Counted from the first letter of the stretch, positions 1-10,633 are shown. The stretch is DNA of 64,000 nucleotides from an uncultured Bacteroidales bacterium (GCA_964520585.1 CAZFOO010000003.1:21169-85168), one strand, 5' to 3'. Notes: a model not told the origin generated them from the letters alone. Numbers and translations: made by a program.

Positions 1-304
1 TATGGAACTGAAGGAAATTTCTGAATATATCAGTAAAATATTGTTCCCTCTTTTTATTGATCACCAGATTTATAAATTTCAGCGTGATCTTGGAAATACG
101 GTCTTCGAATTCTTTTCTGAAAAGATTTTTTTTATCCTCCGCTTTAATTACCGGGCTTTTTAACCAGGCGTTAATGGATGGATTATTTTTAAAAAAGGAA
201 TCCAGGATTAATATATCATTTGAAATCTTGTCCAGTATCTTTTTCTCTTTTCCGCTAAGGAAAAGTGCACGTGCATATCTGACCGGGATCTGACTCTGGT
301 TCAT
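1..304 (-). CDS. atpH: F-type ATP synthase subunit delta (OSCP), N-terminal part; the gene runs off the window start
   Basis: Not in the ORF track because no stop lies in the window. Minus-strand ATG at 302-304 reads MNQSQIPVRYARALFLSGKEKK...NPSINAWLKSPVIKAEDKK, a delta/OSCP-like N-terminus. It sits directly downstream of atpF in the atpB-E-F-H order. Confidence 0.8.
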   Translation of the reverse strand, partial: MNQSQIPVRYARALFLSGKEKKILDKISNDILILDSFFKNNPSINAWLKSPVIKAEDKKNLFRKEFEDRISKITLKFINLVINKKREQYFTDIFRNFLQFH

Positions 305-325
305 AATATATTCTGCATGGTGTTA

Positions 326-820
326 TTAATTCAGTTTAAATTCATCCAGAAGACTGCTCATCAGTTCTTTCTGGTTGTCATCATCCTGCAGTTTTTTCCT
401 GAGAATTTTCTCGGCAATATCGACAGACAGGGATGCAATTTGAACTTTTATCTGGTTAATTGCTGCCACTTTTTCTTCCTCGATATGTTTTTTTGCCTCA
501 GCTACTATCTTTTTTGCTTCTGTCCCCGCTTCATCCCGGGCTTCAGTCACTATCTTTTCCTTAATTTCCCGTCCCTGCCTGATAAGTTTATCTCTTTCAA
601 CAATAGCTTCTGATATGATTTTATCTGATTTGACCCTGACATTTTCAAGCTCAAGCCTTGCTTCCTCGGCATTTTCTATTCCTTCACTTATATAGCCCTC
701 CCGGTCCTTGAGTGCCTGAACAATTGGTTTCCATGCAAATTTTTTCAGGATTATAAATACCAGCATAAAAGTAACTATCATCCAGAAAAATAGTCCGAAA
801 TCGGGTGTAATCAGATCCAT
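326..820 (-). CDS. atpF: F-type ATP synthase subunit b
   Basis: 164 aa with one N-terminal TM helix (FGLFFWMIVTFMLVFIIL) followed by a long charged coiled-coil. Located between atpE and atpH. Confidence 0.9.
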   Translation of the reverse strand: MDLITPDFGLFFWMIVTFMLVFIILKKFAWKPIVQALKDREGYISEGIENAEEARLELENVRVKSDKIISEAIVERDKLIRQGREIKEKIVTEARDEAGTEAKKIVAEAKKHIEEEKVAAINQIKVQIASLSVDIAEKILRKKLQDDDNQKELMSSLLDEFKLN

Positions 821-1003
821 TTCATTAAGTTGTTAAAAGTGTTCATAAATGTATGCAGAAGGATAACGGTAAAAGGCCGAAATTTATCTGACAGATTTGC
901 GGCCGTTTTCAAAAGGTGGTTTTCTTCAATTTCACATCACCCTTCCGGTGGAATGAATATTTATCAAAAACCGATGAAAAAATAAATCCAGCCGTTTTAT
1001 AAA

Positions 1004-1261
1004 TTACATAAACAACACCAGAAGGCATACGACAATAGCAAAAAAGGCTACCCCTTCAATAAGTGCTGCCGCAACGATAAGGTTTGAACGGATATCTCCT
1101 GCAGCCTCAGGCTGACGGGCAATTGCTTCCAACGCTGTAGAACCTATTTTGCTAATGCCATAGCTGGCTCCTACAATACTAATACTGGCACCAATAGCTG
1201 CTCCTACATTTGAGATGGCCGTTGCATACGTGACTTGTAAAATAAATGATAATACGAGCAT
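1004..1261 (-). CDS. atpE: F-type ATP synthase subunit c
   Basis: 85 aa helical hairpin with an ARQPE loop and the conserved carboxylate in AAALIEGVAFF. Confidence 0.9.
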   Translation of the reverse strand: MLVLSFILQVTYATAISNVGAAIGASISIVGASYGISKIGSTALEAIARQPEAAGDIRSNLIVAAALIEGVAFFAIVVCLLVLFM

Positions 1262-1319
1262 AATTTTTTAATTTTAATAAATAATTAATAAACTGAAATT
1301 CTGATTAATATAGTATAAT

Positions 1320-2393
1320 TTAATGTCCGTCATCAAGTGCTGCTCCAATAAAAATTGATGTCAGCAGAGTAAATACATAAGCCTGGATCAAAGCGACCAG
1401 TAATTCGAGAAATGTGATAAAAATTCCAAAAGCTACTGAGAGTACCGAACCTCCATAACCAAATGCAGGTGAAACTTCTGCGAATATAAATATCAGGCTG
1501 AAAAATCCCATTGTAATAATATGCCCTGCCGTTATATTGGCAAATAACCTGATCATAAGCGTGAAAGGCTTTGTTATAAGTCCCACGATCTCAATAATAG
1601 GCATAATCGGAAAAGGAAGTTTCAATAAAAAGGGAACATTGGGGGTATTAAATACATGTTGCCAGTAAATTTTGTTGCCACTCAGGTTAATAGCCAGAAA
1701 GGAGGTCAGCGCCAAAGCAGCAGTTACGGAAATATTACCTGTAACATTAGCTCCCATCGGGAAAATGGGTATCAATCCAAACATATTGTTAATCCATATG
1801 AAAAAAAACAAAGTAAGAAGATATGGAAGATACCGTTCATATTTCTTTTCACCTATGGCAGGCTTAACTATGTCATCTTTAACAAAGATCACTATTGGTT
1901 CGAGGAGTCCTTGTATGCCTTTAGGTGTTGAAATTGGAGTTTTTCGGTATCTTTTCCCGATGGTGATAAAGATCGCCAGCATCACAAAAGCTGCAAAAAA
2001 CATTCCTGCAACATTTTTTGTAATCGACATATCAAGAGGCTTAGGGGCATCAGGATCGATTGAGCCATCTGAACTTGCAACAACAATATTTCCCTTTTCA
2101 GGACCCTTGGTCTCCAATTTGAATCCCCTGTAAACAGCATGACCGTGTTCAAACCTGGATGACATGAAAATGTTAAGGCCGTTATCACGAGTGTAAACAA
2201 TTATTGGCAGAGGCACCGTATAATGCTTCCCGTCAATAGTGAACAGATGCCATTCGTGAGAATCGGCAATATGATCGAAAATAAAGGCTCCGGGATCGAA
2301 TTTCACTTCTTCCAGGGGAGACTCATCTTCTGCTTTAAGCTGTGGTCCGGTGAATACCGATACAAATAATGCAATTAAAATTAACCTGAACAT
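1320..2393 (-). CDS. atpB: F-type ATP synthase subunit a
   Basis: 357 aa polytopic protein with the a-subunit arginine region (LMIRLFANITAGH). It lies upstream of atpE and has a long N-terminal extension with a signal-like helix. Confidence 0.9.
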   Translation of the reverse strand: MFRLILIALFVSVFTGPQLKAEDESPLEEVKFDPGAFIFDHIADSHEWHLFTIDGKHYTVPLPIIVYTRDNGLNIFMSSRFEHGHAVYRGFKLETKGPEKGNIVVASSDGSIDPDAPKPLDMSITKNVAGMFFAAFVMLAIFITIGKRYRKTPISTPKGIQGLLEPIVIFVKDDIVKPAIGEKKYERYLPYLLTLFFFIWINNMFGLIPIFPMGANVTGNISVTAALALTSFLAINLSGNKIYWQHVFNTPNVPFLLKLPFPIMPIIEIVGLITKPFTLMIRLFANITAGHIITMGFFSLIFIFAEVSPAFGYGGSVLSVAFGIFITFLELLVALIQAYVFTLLTSIFIGAALDDGH

Positions 2394-2471
2394 TTTGCCT
2401 TCCTGTTAGAAATATTATCAGCTCTGTGGCTGTAAAAGTAATTATCTTTTACGGCAGGAAACCAGATTAGG

Positions 2472-2852
2472 TTACTTTTTTTTCAGATAATTATTCAGGG
2501 TATAGATATCGAAAACTGAGAATACTACATAATAAGCCAAAAAGGTAAGGATAAAGGCAAGAACATTTTCTCTGTGATTAAAAAGGTAGATTATTATAAA
2601 CGTCATATGCAGAAGCACTTTGCCCCATCTTACCATAAAATACCGCATATTGAAATTTGCAGGCTTATTAATTTTTCCCTTAAGCAATATGAAACGTCCT
2701 CCTGCAGAAAGTATGATAAAATAGATTATGAGAAAATAAAAAACAGGTTGAAAATAATCACTGAAGACCGTTGAAAAAAGTATAAATCCGATAATGAAAA
2801 CCACTGCTGAAAATAAAAGTAATGCACTTATAAACCGGTATAATTCTGACAT
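2472..2852 (-). CDS. Small multi-pass membrane protein at the head of the ATP synthase operon (AtpI/AtpZ-like position)
   Basis: 126 aa with about 4 hydrophobic helices, same strand, 78 nt upstream of atpB. The family was not recognised. Confidence 0.55.
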   Translation of the reverse strand: MSELYRFISALLLFSAVVFIIGFILFSTVFSDYFQPVFYFLIIYFIILSAGGRFILLKGKINKPANFNMRYFMVRWGKVLLHMTFIIIYLFNHRENVLAFILTFLAYYVVFSVFDIYTLNNYLKKK

Positions 2853-3131
2853 AACGGGTAGATTTCAGGATGAAACTGATGAATGGCCGACTAATATAAT
2901 AATAATTTTTTACACGCAACTCCTTTGCTTGAAACGTTATCATTGGGTCGTTACTCAACCAATTAGAGTATGATGTCTGATTTAAGATTTTTGAGTATAT
3001 TTCCCCTTAAACATTCTGTATTTCACCGGTAAAAACCGTTTTGTTTCCATGAATGATTAGAAACGCAACGGTAGCAACGACACCAAGCCAGGCATTATGT
3101 TGCTTGCAATTTCTTCATTCAGAAGCTTCTG

Positions 3132-3166
3132 CAAAAAACCCGGCACAAATTTATTTTGTGCCGGGT
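3132..3166 (-). terminator. Rho-independent terminator downstream of the bactofilin gene
   Basis: 12-bp perfect stem: ACCCGGCACAAA (3138-3149) pairs with TTTGTGCCGGGT (3155-3166). On the minus strand it is followed by a T-run (forward A-run 3133-3138). Confidence 0.8.
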
Positions 3167-3190
3167 CATAATGCATTATCCGGAAAGGGT

Positions 3191-3586
3191 TTATTTTTTC
3201 TCCTGTTCAAAGGTTTTTTTGCTTTCCTGGGATGTTCGTGAGTCAGTACCATTCATATTACAGGTCCCTGTAAATTTGGCGCCGGGTTCAATTGCAAGTT
3301 TATTGGTAACGATGTCTCCGTCAATAAATGAGGATGGTTTAAGAGAGAGCAATTCCGAAATAATTATTTTACCCTCTATTTTTCCTGATATATCAGCATT
3401 CTTACAATTAATTTCTCCTTTTGCCTTTCCGGTTTCTCCAATTACTACTTTACCTTTGGTATTCAGATTTCCGTTAAGCGAGCCATCGATCCGGATATCA
3501 CCATTACAGGTTACATCTCCGGTTATTTCTGTCCCTGAAGCAACAAGGTTGATTACATTAGGATCATTATCGGTACTTTTAGCCAT
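3191..3586 (-). CDS. Bactofilin (polymer-forming cytoskeletal protein, DUF583)
   Basis: Beta-helix repeat pattern: GDVTCNGDIRIDGSLNGNL..GKVVIGETGKAKGEI..ADISGKIEGKI. Start chosen at MAKSTDN (ATG 3584-3586); the tracked ORF extends to 3658. Confidence 0.8.
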   Translation of the reverse strand: MAKSTDNDPNVINLVASGTEITGDVTCNGDIRIDGSLNGNLNTKGKVVIGETGKAKGEINCKNADISGKIEGKIIISELLSLKPSSFIDGDIVTNKLAIEPGAKFTGTCNMNGTDSRTSQESKKTFEQEKK

Positions 3587-3759
3587 CTTATTTTGCAGAT
3601 TATTATTAAACAATTTATGAATTATCAGATTCTGGAATTGAAGATACAAAAATAGCAAACATTATACAATACAGGAAAATTAATAAATTTATTGTACTGA
3701 AAGGTAAATTTATTGTTCCTGAACCTGAAATCCGTAAAAGCAGGTTATCAGAGCCGTTT

Positions 3760-4758
3760 TTATTTGCCGTTATAACCCCATTTAAGATACATTGCCCCCC
3801 ATGTAAAGCCGGCTCCAAAAGTAACAAGTATAATGTTGTCTCCTTTTTTAAGTTTTTCTTCCCATTCCCAGATACAAATTGGTAAGGTAGCGGCTGTAGT
3901 GTTTCCGTATCTTTGAATATTTATCATTACCTTGCTCTTGTCCAGTTTCATCCGTCTGGCTACCGCCTCTATTATCCTCATGTTTGCCTGATGAGGAACC
4001 AGCCAGGCGATATCATTATGGGTTATTCCATTTTTTTGCATTAGCTCCAGTGACACATCCGCCATTTTTGAAACAGCCCATTTAAAAACAGGCTGGCCTT
4101 CCTGGTAAATATAATGTTCCCTGTTATCAATGGTCTGGTGTGAAGCAGGATTAACCGATCCTCCGGCTTTCTGGTGGAGGTGGGAAAGACCAACTCCGTC
4201 GGATTGAAGCAGTGAATCAATAATTCCTGCATCTTCTGTAGTAGGTTCAAGCAATACGGCGCCTGCACCATCTCCGAAAATCGGACAAGTTGAGCGGTCC
4301 TGGTAGTCAACAATGGCCGACATCTTTTCGGCACCCACAATCACTATCTTTTTAGCTTTACCGGTTTCAATAAACTGCTGTGCTGTGGCAAGTGAATAAA
4401 GAAAACCGCTGCAACCGGCATTAACATCGAAACTAAAGGCATTTTTTATGCCGGATTTATATGAAATAATGTTTGCATTTGCAGGGAACTGGTGATCGGG
4501 AGTTACTGTTGCGCATATGAGCAGGTCAATTTCCGAAGGATCGGTTCCGGTTTTTTCCAGAAGTTTTATAACTGCTTTAGATCCGAGGTGAGAGGAACCT
4601 TTCCCTTTTTCTTTGAGTATCCGTCTTTCTTTAATTCCGATGCGGGACATTATCCATTCATCGGATGTATCAACCATCTGACTGAGTTCATCGTTGGAAA
4701 GAATAAAGTCTGGCAATTCTGCTGCAATCCCTGTAATAACTGCCCTCTTTTTAACCAT
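3760..4758 (-). CDS. fabH: 3-oxoacyl-ACP synthase III (KAS III)
   Basis: 332 aa with active-site Cys context NAGCSGF, plus HQANMRI and GNTTAA motifs. Its ATG overlaps the plsX stop as TAATG. Confidence 0.92.
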   Translation of the reverse strand: MVKKRAVITGIAAELPDFILSNDELSQMVDTSDEWIMSRIGIKERRILKEKGKGSSHLGSKAVIKLLEKTGTDPSEIDLLICATVTPDHQFPANANIISYKSGIKNAFSFDVNAGCSGFLYSLATAQQFIETGKAKKIVIVGAEKMSAIVDYQDRSTCPIFGDGAGAVLLEPTTEDAGIIDSLLQSDGVGLSHLHQKAGGSVNPASHQTIDNREHYIYQEGQPVFKWAVSKMADVSLELMQKNGITHNDIAWLVPHQANMRIIEAVARRMKLDKSKVMINIQRYGNTTAATLPICIWEWEEKLKKGDNIILVTFGAGFTWGAMYLKWGYNGK

Positions 4759-5699
4759 TACTGAAATGCTTCTTTGAATTTATCCATCAAGCCTGCTTCA
4801 ACAACATCTTTTGTATGAACAAGCAGGTTTTTTATAGCAGTTGCATTTGATATTCCGTGTCCTATTACCACGGGCTGCCTTATACCCAATACCGGAGTTC
4901 CTCCGTAATTTTCGAAATTAAACTGTTCGAAGAACTCGTCTTGTATCTTTCTTTTCTTTATCAGGGTATAGAGGGCTTCGGCCTCCTTGAGAATTATATT
5001 TCCAACAAAACCGTCACAAACAATTACGTCAGCCTTATTTTCATTAAAAAGCTCGTTTCCTTCGATATTTCCGCTAAAATTAAATTCAGTGGTTTCCTTC
5101 ATCAGTTCATATGTAGCTTTCGCAATAAGATTGCCTTTTTCTTCCTCAGAACCAACGTTAACAAGGCACACTTTGGGATTATCAATATGAAAAACATGCT
5201 TTGCATAGAGGGAGCCAAGGATACCATACTGATATAATACATCGGGTCTGCAATCAGGATTCAGGCCTACATCCAAAAGGGTTGCAGAACCACCTCCCAC
5301 ACTGGGTACCTGGGCTGATATGGCGGGACGAATTATGCCGGGGCTGGATTTAACCATAAACATGGCTCCTATCATCATTGCACCCGTATTTCCTGTGCTG
5401 GCCAGGGCATCAACTTTTCCGCCCGTGAGCATGCCAAAACCTGTTACAATGCTTGAGTTTTTCTTCTTTGAGAATGCTTTTGCCGGATGTTCTCCCGAGG
5501 TTATGACCTCTTCGGTATGTATAATATCAAAGGCAGAAGGGTCATATTTTTCTCTACTAATTATTTCGAGGATCTTTCTTTCGTCACCAATAAGTACTAT
5601 CTTAACATAACCGGGCATGAAATCCATAGCCATAATGGCACCTTTTACAGTTGCTTCGGGAGCAAAATCCCCTCCCATGGCATCAAGTGCAATCTTCAT
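4758..5699 (-). CDS. plsX: Phosphate acyltransferase PlsX
   Basis: 313 aa with the typical N-terminus [14 protein letters not shown]. Conserved rpmF-plsX-fabH order. Confidence 0.92.
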   Translation of the reverse strand: MKIALDAMGGDFAPEATVKGAIMAMDFMPGYVKIVLIGDERKILEIISREKYDPSAFDIIHTEEVITSGEHPAKAFSKKKNSSIVTGFGMLTGGKVDALASTGNTGAMMIGAMFMVKSSPGIIRPAISAQVPSVGGGSATLLDVGLNPDCRPDVLYQYGILGSLYAKHVFHIDNPKVCLVNVGSEEEKGNLIAKATYELMKETTEFNFSGNIEGNELFNENKADVIVCDGFVGNIILKEAEALYTLIKKRKIQDEFFEQFNFENYGGTPVLGIRQPVVIGHGISNATAIKNLLVHTKDVVEAGLMDKFKEAFQ

Positions 5700-5774
5700 C
5701 TTGAGTCAGTAATTAGTTATATAAGAAATATGAACACCTTAATTTTACACCGGGAGTTTTGCATATGAGAAAGG

Positions 5775-5960
5775 TTACGACATCACTTCTTTCTCAATCG
5801 CAAGCTTTCCCCGGTAATAACCACATTCGCCACATACTCTGTGGTACCTGACAGTGGAACCGCAGTTCTGACAGGAGGACATGGTGGGAGAGGTGGCCTT
5901 ATAATGAGTTCTTCTTTTATCTCTCCTTGTTTTAGATATCTTTCTTTTTGGATGTGCCAT
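5775..5960 (-). CDS. rpmF: 50S ribosomal protein L32
   Basis: 61 aa, MAHPKRKISKTRRDKRRTH followed by a CxxC...CxxC zinc ribbon. Confidence 0.92.
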   Translation of the reverse strand: MAHPKRKISKTRRDKRRTHYKATSPTMSSCQNCGSTVRYHRVCGECGYYRGKLAIEKEVMS

Positions 5961-6061
5961 TTTACGAGGTATATTTAATTAATCGATTTATTTTCAGATT
6001 CTGAATTTATATTTCTTCAGGAAATTAGAAACTTGTCAGTTAGTAAAGGAATAAATACCAG

Positions 6062-6598
6062 TTAATTCATTTTATCGCTATATTTTTTTAGTGCGTCCCA
6101 TCTGGGGTCGGTAACTTCAGTATTTCCGGTTACCCTGTGATTATTGAGTTTTTTGATCATATCTTTGTTACACATCGATTCTCCGTAATCATTCTTTAAA
6201 TGAACCCGTTTAAGGGGCAGATTAAGACAAATGCTTTCCATAAAAAATCTAGCCAGGTTCAGCTTGTGTTCTTTTGGATCAAGATAGATTACTTCAGCAT
6301 CCTTTTCCATTTCTTCTTCATCAAACCTTACGTAAAGGATGCTGTTAAATTGCAAAGGCATTTTAAATATCTCCAGGCATCTGTCGCACATAACTCTGGC
6401 GATTCCTGAAAATAGCAGGTTAAACGTAAGCAGGTCATGGCTCTTTTCCATTTCAGCATCAACCTTCATTTTCCCTCCGAAGCATTCACCAGTATCAAAA
6501 TAGTTGAAAAATGCATCTTCAATCACAAAGCTGAAGTTATGGAAACCGGTTCCAAGACCTTTAAAACTAATTTCGTATTGTTCTGTAAAAGCTGACAT
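6062..6598 (-). CDS. YceD/DUF177 family protein
   Basis: 178 aa, Cys pair (CDRC) and an acidic core. It occupies the conserved position upstream of rpmF. Confidence 0.75.
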   Translation of the reverse strand: MSAFTEQYEISFKGLGTGFHNFSFVIEDAFFNYFDTGECFGGKMKVDAEMEKSHDLLTFNLLFSGIARVMCDRCLEIFKMPLQFNSILYVRFDEEEMEKDAEVIYLDPKEHKLNLARFFMESICLNLPLKRVHLKNDYGESMCNKDMIKKLNNHRVTGNTEVTDPRWDALKKYSDKMN

Positions 6599-6777
6599 TG
6601 TAAAAAATTATCGTGCAAAAGTATAAATTAATAATTAAAATAAAAAGGAAAAAATCAATGGACTGGCATTGATGTAGAGGTGGAACTTATGATTCAAAAA
6701 AGTAAAGATAATAACCTTGAAGATTATTTTTCTCCCAGGCAGGGGTACATAGAGAACGATTTGGTGAACTCTTTATT

Positions 6778-7164
6778 TTACTTCAATTCGCAAACAATAT
6801 ATTTTTCAAGTTTATCTACGAAATAATCATCCTTTTTAATTACGGAACTTGCCCCGCTTTTTTTCATTATTTCTGCAGTTTTGTCATCTGTATATGACGA
6901 GAGAATAATAACCGGCAGGTCTTCTTTTGCTTTTTTCAGCATTTTCAGCGTATCCAGGCCATCCATTGCCTCGTTGTCGCTTTCATTCAAAATATAATCA
7001 AGAACTACCAGATCCGGATTCAAATGCATATTTTTGAGGCATGACTCGCCGGAAAAAAAAGTTTTTATAACATAGCCGTTTTTCCCCTGGAAAACATATT
7101 CCAGCAGGTTACGGATAACCTTGTCATCATCAACCATGAAAATTAATTTGTTTCCCCCCTGCAT
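6778..7164 (-). CDS. Single-domain response regulator (CheY-like receiver)
   Basis: KLIFMVDDD...LVVLDY...PVIILSS...K receiver pattern. Start set at MQGGNK (ATG 7162-7164); an alternative ATG lies at 7218. Confidence 0.8.
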   Translation of the reverse strand: MQGGNKLIFMVDDDKVIRNLLEYVFQGKNGYVIKTFFSGESCLKNMHLNPDLVVLDYILNESDNEAMDGLDTLKMLKKAKEDLPVIILSSYTDDKTAEIMKKSGASSVIKKDDYFVDKLEKYIVCELK

Positions 7165-7502
7165 GTTATCTGGTTTTTCTAAAAGATTTCCGAAAATTCC
7201 GGAAATACTTATAAGCATCTATGCTAGTGCATTTGAAGATTTCAAACAGGGGGCAAGATAATAAAAAAAAGTTGCAAAAACTTTCGGTGAAGCTTTTTAA
7301 TAAAGTAATGAAACAACTACAGCAAATACTCATGAAAGAATAATGAACCTTAAAATCCTGCTCTTATCAACAAAATTATCTGTAAACAGGCTGTGACATA
7401 GTAGTAATTTGCAATTTCGGTTTTGAAATGTTTTTGTATATTTAAAGATTCCTTCATAAGCAATATAATAAAACAGAAATGGGTAAATAATAATTAATTG
7501 CA

Positions 7503-8186
7503 ATGATAAAAACTATTGAACTCACAAAAGTATTCAGGACTGATGAGGTAGAAACTACCGCTCTGAACAAGGTTAGCCTTGAAATAAAAAAAGGTGAATT
7601 TGTTGCGGTTATGGGACCCTCCGGATGTGGGAAGTCAACTTTGCTGAATATCCTGGGTTTGCTTGACAATCCAACTTCCGGGGAACTCTACTTTAATGGT
7701 ACAGAGGTAGCCGGATATTCGGAAAGAAAGCGAACCAACATGCGTAAGTCAAATGTGGGTTTCGTTTTTCAGAGCTTCAACCTTATTGATGAGCTTACTG
7801 TCTTTGAAAACATAGAATTGCCCCTTTTGTACCTGAAGGTTTCTTCTGGCGAAAGGAAGAAAAAAGTTGAGCAGGTACTGGAGCGGATGCAGATGGCTCA
7901 CCGAAGGAAGCATTTCCCGCAGCAGCTTTCCGGTGGTCAGCAGCAAAGGGTAGCTATTTGCCGTGCAGTGGTGTCCAATCCCAGACTTATACTTGCTGAC
8001 GAGCCCACCGGCAATCTGGATTCCGTTAATGGTGAGGAGGTTATGAATCTTCTAGCTCAGTTAAACAATGAAGGAACTACAATTGTTATGGTTACACACT
8101 CTCCCTCTGATGCTGAAAAGGCCAACCGGATTGTACACCTCTTCGACGGGCACATAGTAACTGAAAATATCAGGAAACTGCTTTGA
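7503..8186 (+). CDS. ABC transporter ATP-binding protein (MacB/LolD-like), with no permease gene adjacent
   Basis: Walker A GPSGCGKST, signature LSGGQQQRVAICRA, Walker B LILADEPTGNLD. Confidence 0.9.
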   Translation: MIKTIELTKVFRTDEVETTALNKVSLEIKKGEFVAVMGPSGCGKSTLLNILGLLDNPTSGELYFNGTEVAGYSERKRTNMRKSNVGFVFQSFNLIDELTVFENIELPLLYLKVSSGERKKKVEQVLERMQMAHRRKHFPQQLSGGQQQRVAICRAVVSNPRLILADEPTGNLDSVNGEEVMNLLAQLNNEGTTIVMVTHSPSDAEKANRIVHLFDGHIVTENIRKLL

Positions 8187-8307
8187 ATGTATGTAATTTG
8201 ACTAATCAATACTAACCACTTTACCGGCAGTATAGACGGTAAGGTACACCTGTAACAGGTATAATATTGTTATACAGAGGGATCAGATTATTCCTCCGCC
8301 AGAAAGG

Positions 8308-8331
8308 ATTTGATAAGATGGCTTATCAAAT
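8308..8331. terminator. Strong hairpin between convergent genes (possible bidirectional terminator)
   Basis: 10-bp perfect stem: ATTTGATAAG (8308-8317) and CTTATCAAAT (8322-8331), 4-nt loop. There is no clear U-tract. Confidence 0.45.
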
Positions 8332-8344
8332 GGTATTGAGATGA

Positions 8345-8572
8345 TCAGTAATCATCATCCTCCGGATCATCAAGATCATCTATATCCTCATACAGGTCAT
8401 CAAATTTCTTTTCCCTGTATTCAAAATCATTCTCCTCGAATTCCTCGATTTCATCAAAGAACTGAGTTTTCTTGGATTTTAGTTTTTTGACAGGAGTAAG
8501 TTTATGTTTCTTCTTCCCTTTAAAAGAATCATTGTCCTCGCGGAAAGCGCCAGACGACTTTTTCGATTTCAT
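8345..8572 (-). CDS. Small bipartite protein, Lys-rich N-terminal half and Asp/Glu-rich C-terminal half; hypothetical
   Basis: MKSKKSSG...KKKHKLTPVKKLKSKK then EIEEFEENDFEY...DIDDLDDPEDDDY. The tracked ORF begins at a TTG (8587); the first ATG is at 8570-8572. Low-complexity composition. Confidence 0.4.
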   Translation of the reverse strand: MKSKKSSGAFREDNDSFKGKKKHKLTPVKKLKSKKTQFFDEIEEFEENDFEYREKKFDDLYEDIDDLDDPEDDDY

Positions 8573-8745
8573 CTTTTCTAAAAGCAAATAATTATTATTC
8601 TCGTAAGTAAGATTTGGATTCTGATCGTTTTGTAATTTGTAGAGGTTTTCGATCTTTTAGAGTAATATCAAATGTATGACTTTCAGTGTATTTAACTTGG
8701 CTTCTTATCTGATTTCAATATTAGTATTTCTACTAAAGTCAGTTA

Positions 8746-8770
8746 TTTTTTATCATACAATGATAAAAAA
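8746..8770. repeat. Perfect AT-rich inverted repeat (11-bp arms, 3-bp spacer)
   Basis: TTTTTTATCAT-ACA-ATGATAAAAAA, read directly from the 459-bp intergenic region. Confidence 0.6.
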
Positions 8771-9012
8771 AATTTTTAAAAATATTCTGTGAAAATTTTA
8801 TTTAAAAAAAAATTTATTTTTCAAACGACACACAGACGAAGAAAAAGACAGAGAATGGATTTATTTACTTTTGCGTGCTAGGGTGACACTTATTATAAAT
8901 AACGGATTATTAACTAAATCTAATTAAGCATGCAAATTTTCTATACAGTATCCATGAATGACTGATTTGGCAATGAACTGCTGATAAATGCAATTTTTAA
9001 GTAATTAAACTA

Positions 9013-9020
9013 TAATTTTG
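9013..9020 (+). promoter_or_regulatory. Candidate Bacteroidota -7 promoter box (TAnnTTTG)
   Basis: TAATTTTG, ending 26 nt upstream of the transporter ATG at 9047. Confidence 0.4.
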
Positions 9021-9046
9021 CTGCATTCCTAATCAAAATCATACCG

Positions 9047-10633
9047 ATGTCTGTCTTTTCAGTCCCCTATTTTGCCCTTTTTTTAATCATAGCAATTGGT
9101 TTTGTTATCGGACGCATCAGGATAAAGGGAATTTCGCTTGATATATCTGCCGTTATATTTGTTGCTCTTCTTTTTGGACATTACGGAGTTATCATCCCTT
9201 CCGATTTTCAGGATGTCGGACTGGTACTGTTTATCTTTACTATCGGATTGCAGGCAGGACCCGGATTTTTTCAGTCATTTCGTTCAACCGGAAAGACTCT
9301 CGTAATAATTGCTGTTGTTCTTATCACAATGGCTGCCGGAACAACATTATTTACTGCATGGATCTTTAATATTGATTACAATCTTGCCGTAGGTCTTTTT
9401 ACCGGGGCACTGACAAGTACACCCGGCCTTGCAGCAGCAATTGATTCCACCGGCTCTGCATTTGCATCGATCGGTTATGGCATTGCATATCCTTTTGGAG
9501 TTATTGGTGTGATCTTATTTGTAAGATTGCTTCCCGGCATATTAATGGTTAGCGTGGACAAGGCCGAGAAGGATATTAAAAATTTACTGCTCAAAAAATA
9601 TCCTGAAGTCTGCAATCATCATTTTATTGTCGAGAATGAGAATATAGACGGGAAGACAGTTGGTGATCTTCAGATACGGAATATGACCGGTGCGAGTATT
9701 TCACGTGTTTTATCAGGTGGCATGGCCATCACACCCAGTCCGGGCACGGTGCTACACAAGGGTGACCTTATCCGTGCAGTAGGCAGCAAGGAGGCTTTGG
9801 AGAAAGTAAGATTACTGATCGGGAGCCCTACAGATCAGCAAATTCCCCTGGGGAAAGATTATGAGGTTCATTCCATACTGGTAACCAACAAGGATGTTGT
9901 AAACAAGACCATCGGGCAGCTTAATCTTTTTTCAAATTACAATGCTACCATTACACGCATAAGAAGAAGTGGAATTGACATTGCTCCAAGCGAATCTTCG
10001 CACCTTCGTTTTGGTGATAAGTTACTGATAGCTTCCAATAAAGAGAATATGAAAACTGTTGCATCCATATTCGGCAACCAGGAAAAGAAGTTGTCCGATA
10101 CAAATATGTTCCCTATTGCAGCCGGCATAGTACTCGGGATACTTGTTGGCAGGCTTGAAATAAGCTTCTCGGAGAACCTGGTTTTTCGTCCGGGTCTTGC
10201 CGGAGGAGTTTTGTTTGTCGCACTGATATTAGGCAATCTTGGTAAAACCGGACCAGTGGTTTGGTCGATGTCAGCAGCGGCCAACCAGTTATTACGGCAA
10301 CTCGGGTTGCTTTTTTTCCTTGCGGCAGTTGGAACCCAGGCTGGTGCTCATATTGTGGAAACATACCAGTCTTACGGTGTAAATCTGTTCCTTGCAGGAA
10401 TGATTATTACCCTGGTCCCCATGATTGTATCTGCTTTTGTAGCAAATTATTTTTTCAGGATAAACCTTCTTTCCCTTTTCGGGACTATTACCGGTAGTAT
10501 GACAAGTACACCCGGACTGGCGGCCATTGACTCAATGACCGGAAGTAATGCACCGCAGATAGCTTATGCAACAGTATATCCGGTGGCAATGGTTTTGCTT
10601 ATTATCTTCGTGCAGATTCTGTCGGGGTTTTAA
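9047..10633 (+). CDS. YidE/YbjL-type (aspartate:alanine exchanger family) transporter with two central TrkA-C/RCK-C domains
   Basis: 528 aa. Duplicated membrane halves both carry GALTSTPGLAAA / GSMTSTPGLAAI motifs and flank a soluble region of about 170 aa. Confidence 0.8.
   Translation: MSVFSVPYFALFLIIAIGFVIGRIRIKGISLDISAVIFVALLFGHYGVIIPSDFQDVGLVLFIFTIGLQAGPGFFQSFRSTGKTLVIIAVVLITMAAGTTLFTAWIFNIDYNLAVGLFTGALTSTPGLAAAIDSTGSAFASIGYGIAYPFGVIGVILFVRLLPGILMVSVDKAEKDIKNLLLKKYPEVCNHHFIVENENIDGKTVGDLQIRNMTGASISRVLSGGMAITPSPGTVLHKGDLIRAVGSKEALEKVRLLIGSPTDQQIPLGKDYEVHSILVTNKDVVNKTIGQLNLFSNYNATITRIRRSGIDIAPSESSHLRFGDKLLIASNKENMKTVASIFGNQEKKLSDTNMFPIAAGIVLGILVGRLEISFSENLVFRPGLAGGVLFVALILGNLGKTGPVVWSMSAAANQLLRQLGLLFFLAAVGTQAGAHIVETYQSYGVNLFLAGMIITLVPMIVSAFVANYFFRINLLSLFGTITGSMTSTPGLAAIDSMTGSNAPQIAYATVYPVAMVLLIIFVQILSGF

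Noticed and set aside
57-613. Plus-strand ORFs 57-293 and 317-613
   Set aside because: They are antisense to atpH and atpF, which have clear family signatures.
1004-1261. Possibility that the ATP synthase is Na+-coupled
   Set aside because: In the c subunit the carboxylate is followed by Gly-Val (LIEGVAFF) rather than the Ser/Thr pair seen in Na+-binding c-rings. There is no support from sequence, and alignment by eye is only approximate.
1656-2200. ORFs 1656-1931, 1672-2133 and 1982-2200
   Set aside because: They overlap atpB on the opposite strand or in another frame, and atpB is strongly supported.
3053-3620. Plus-strand ORFs 3053-3241 and 3156-3620
   Set aside because: They overlap the terminator and run antisense to the bactofilin gene. 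No motifs were seen.
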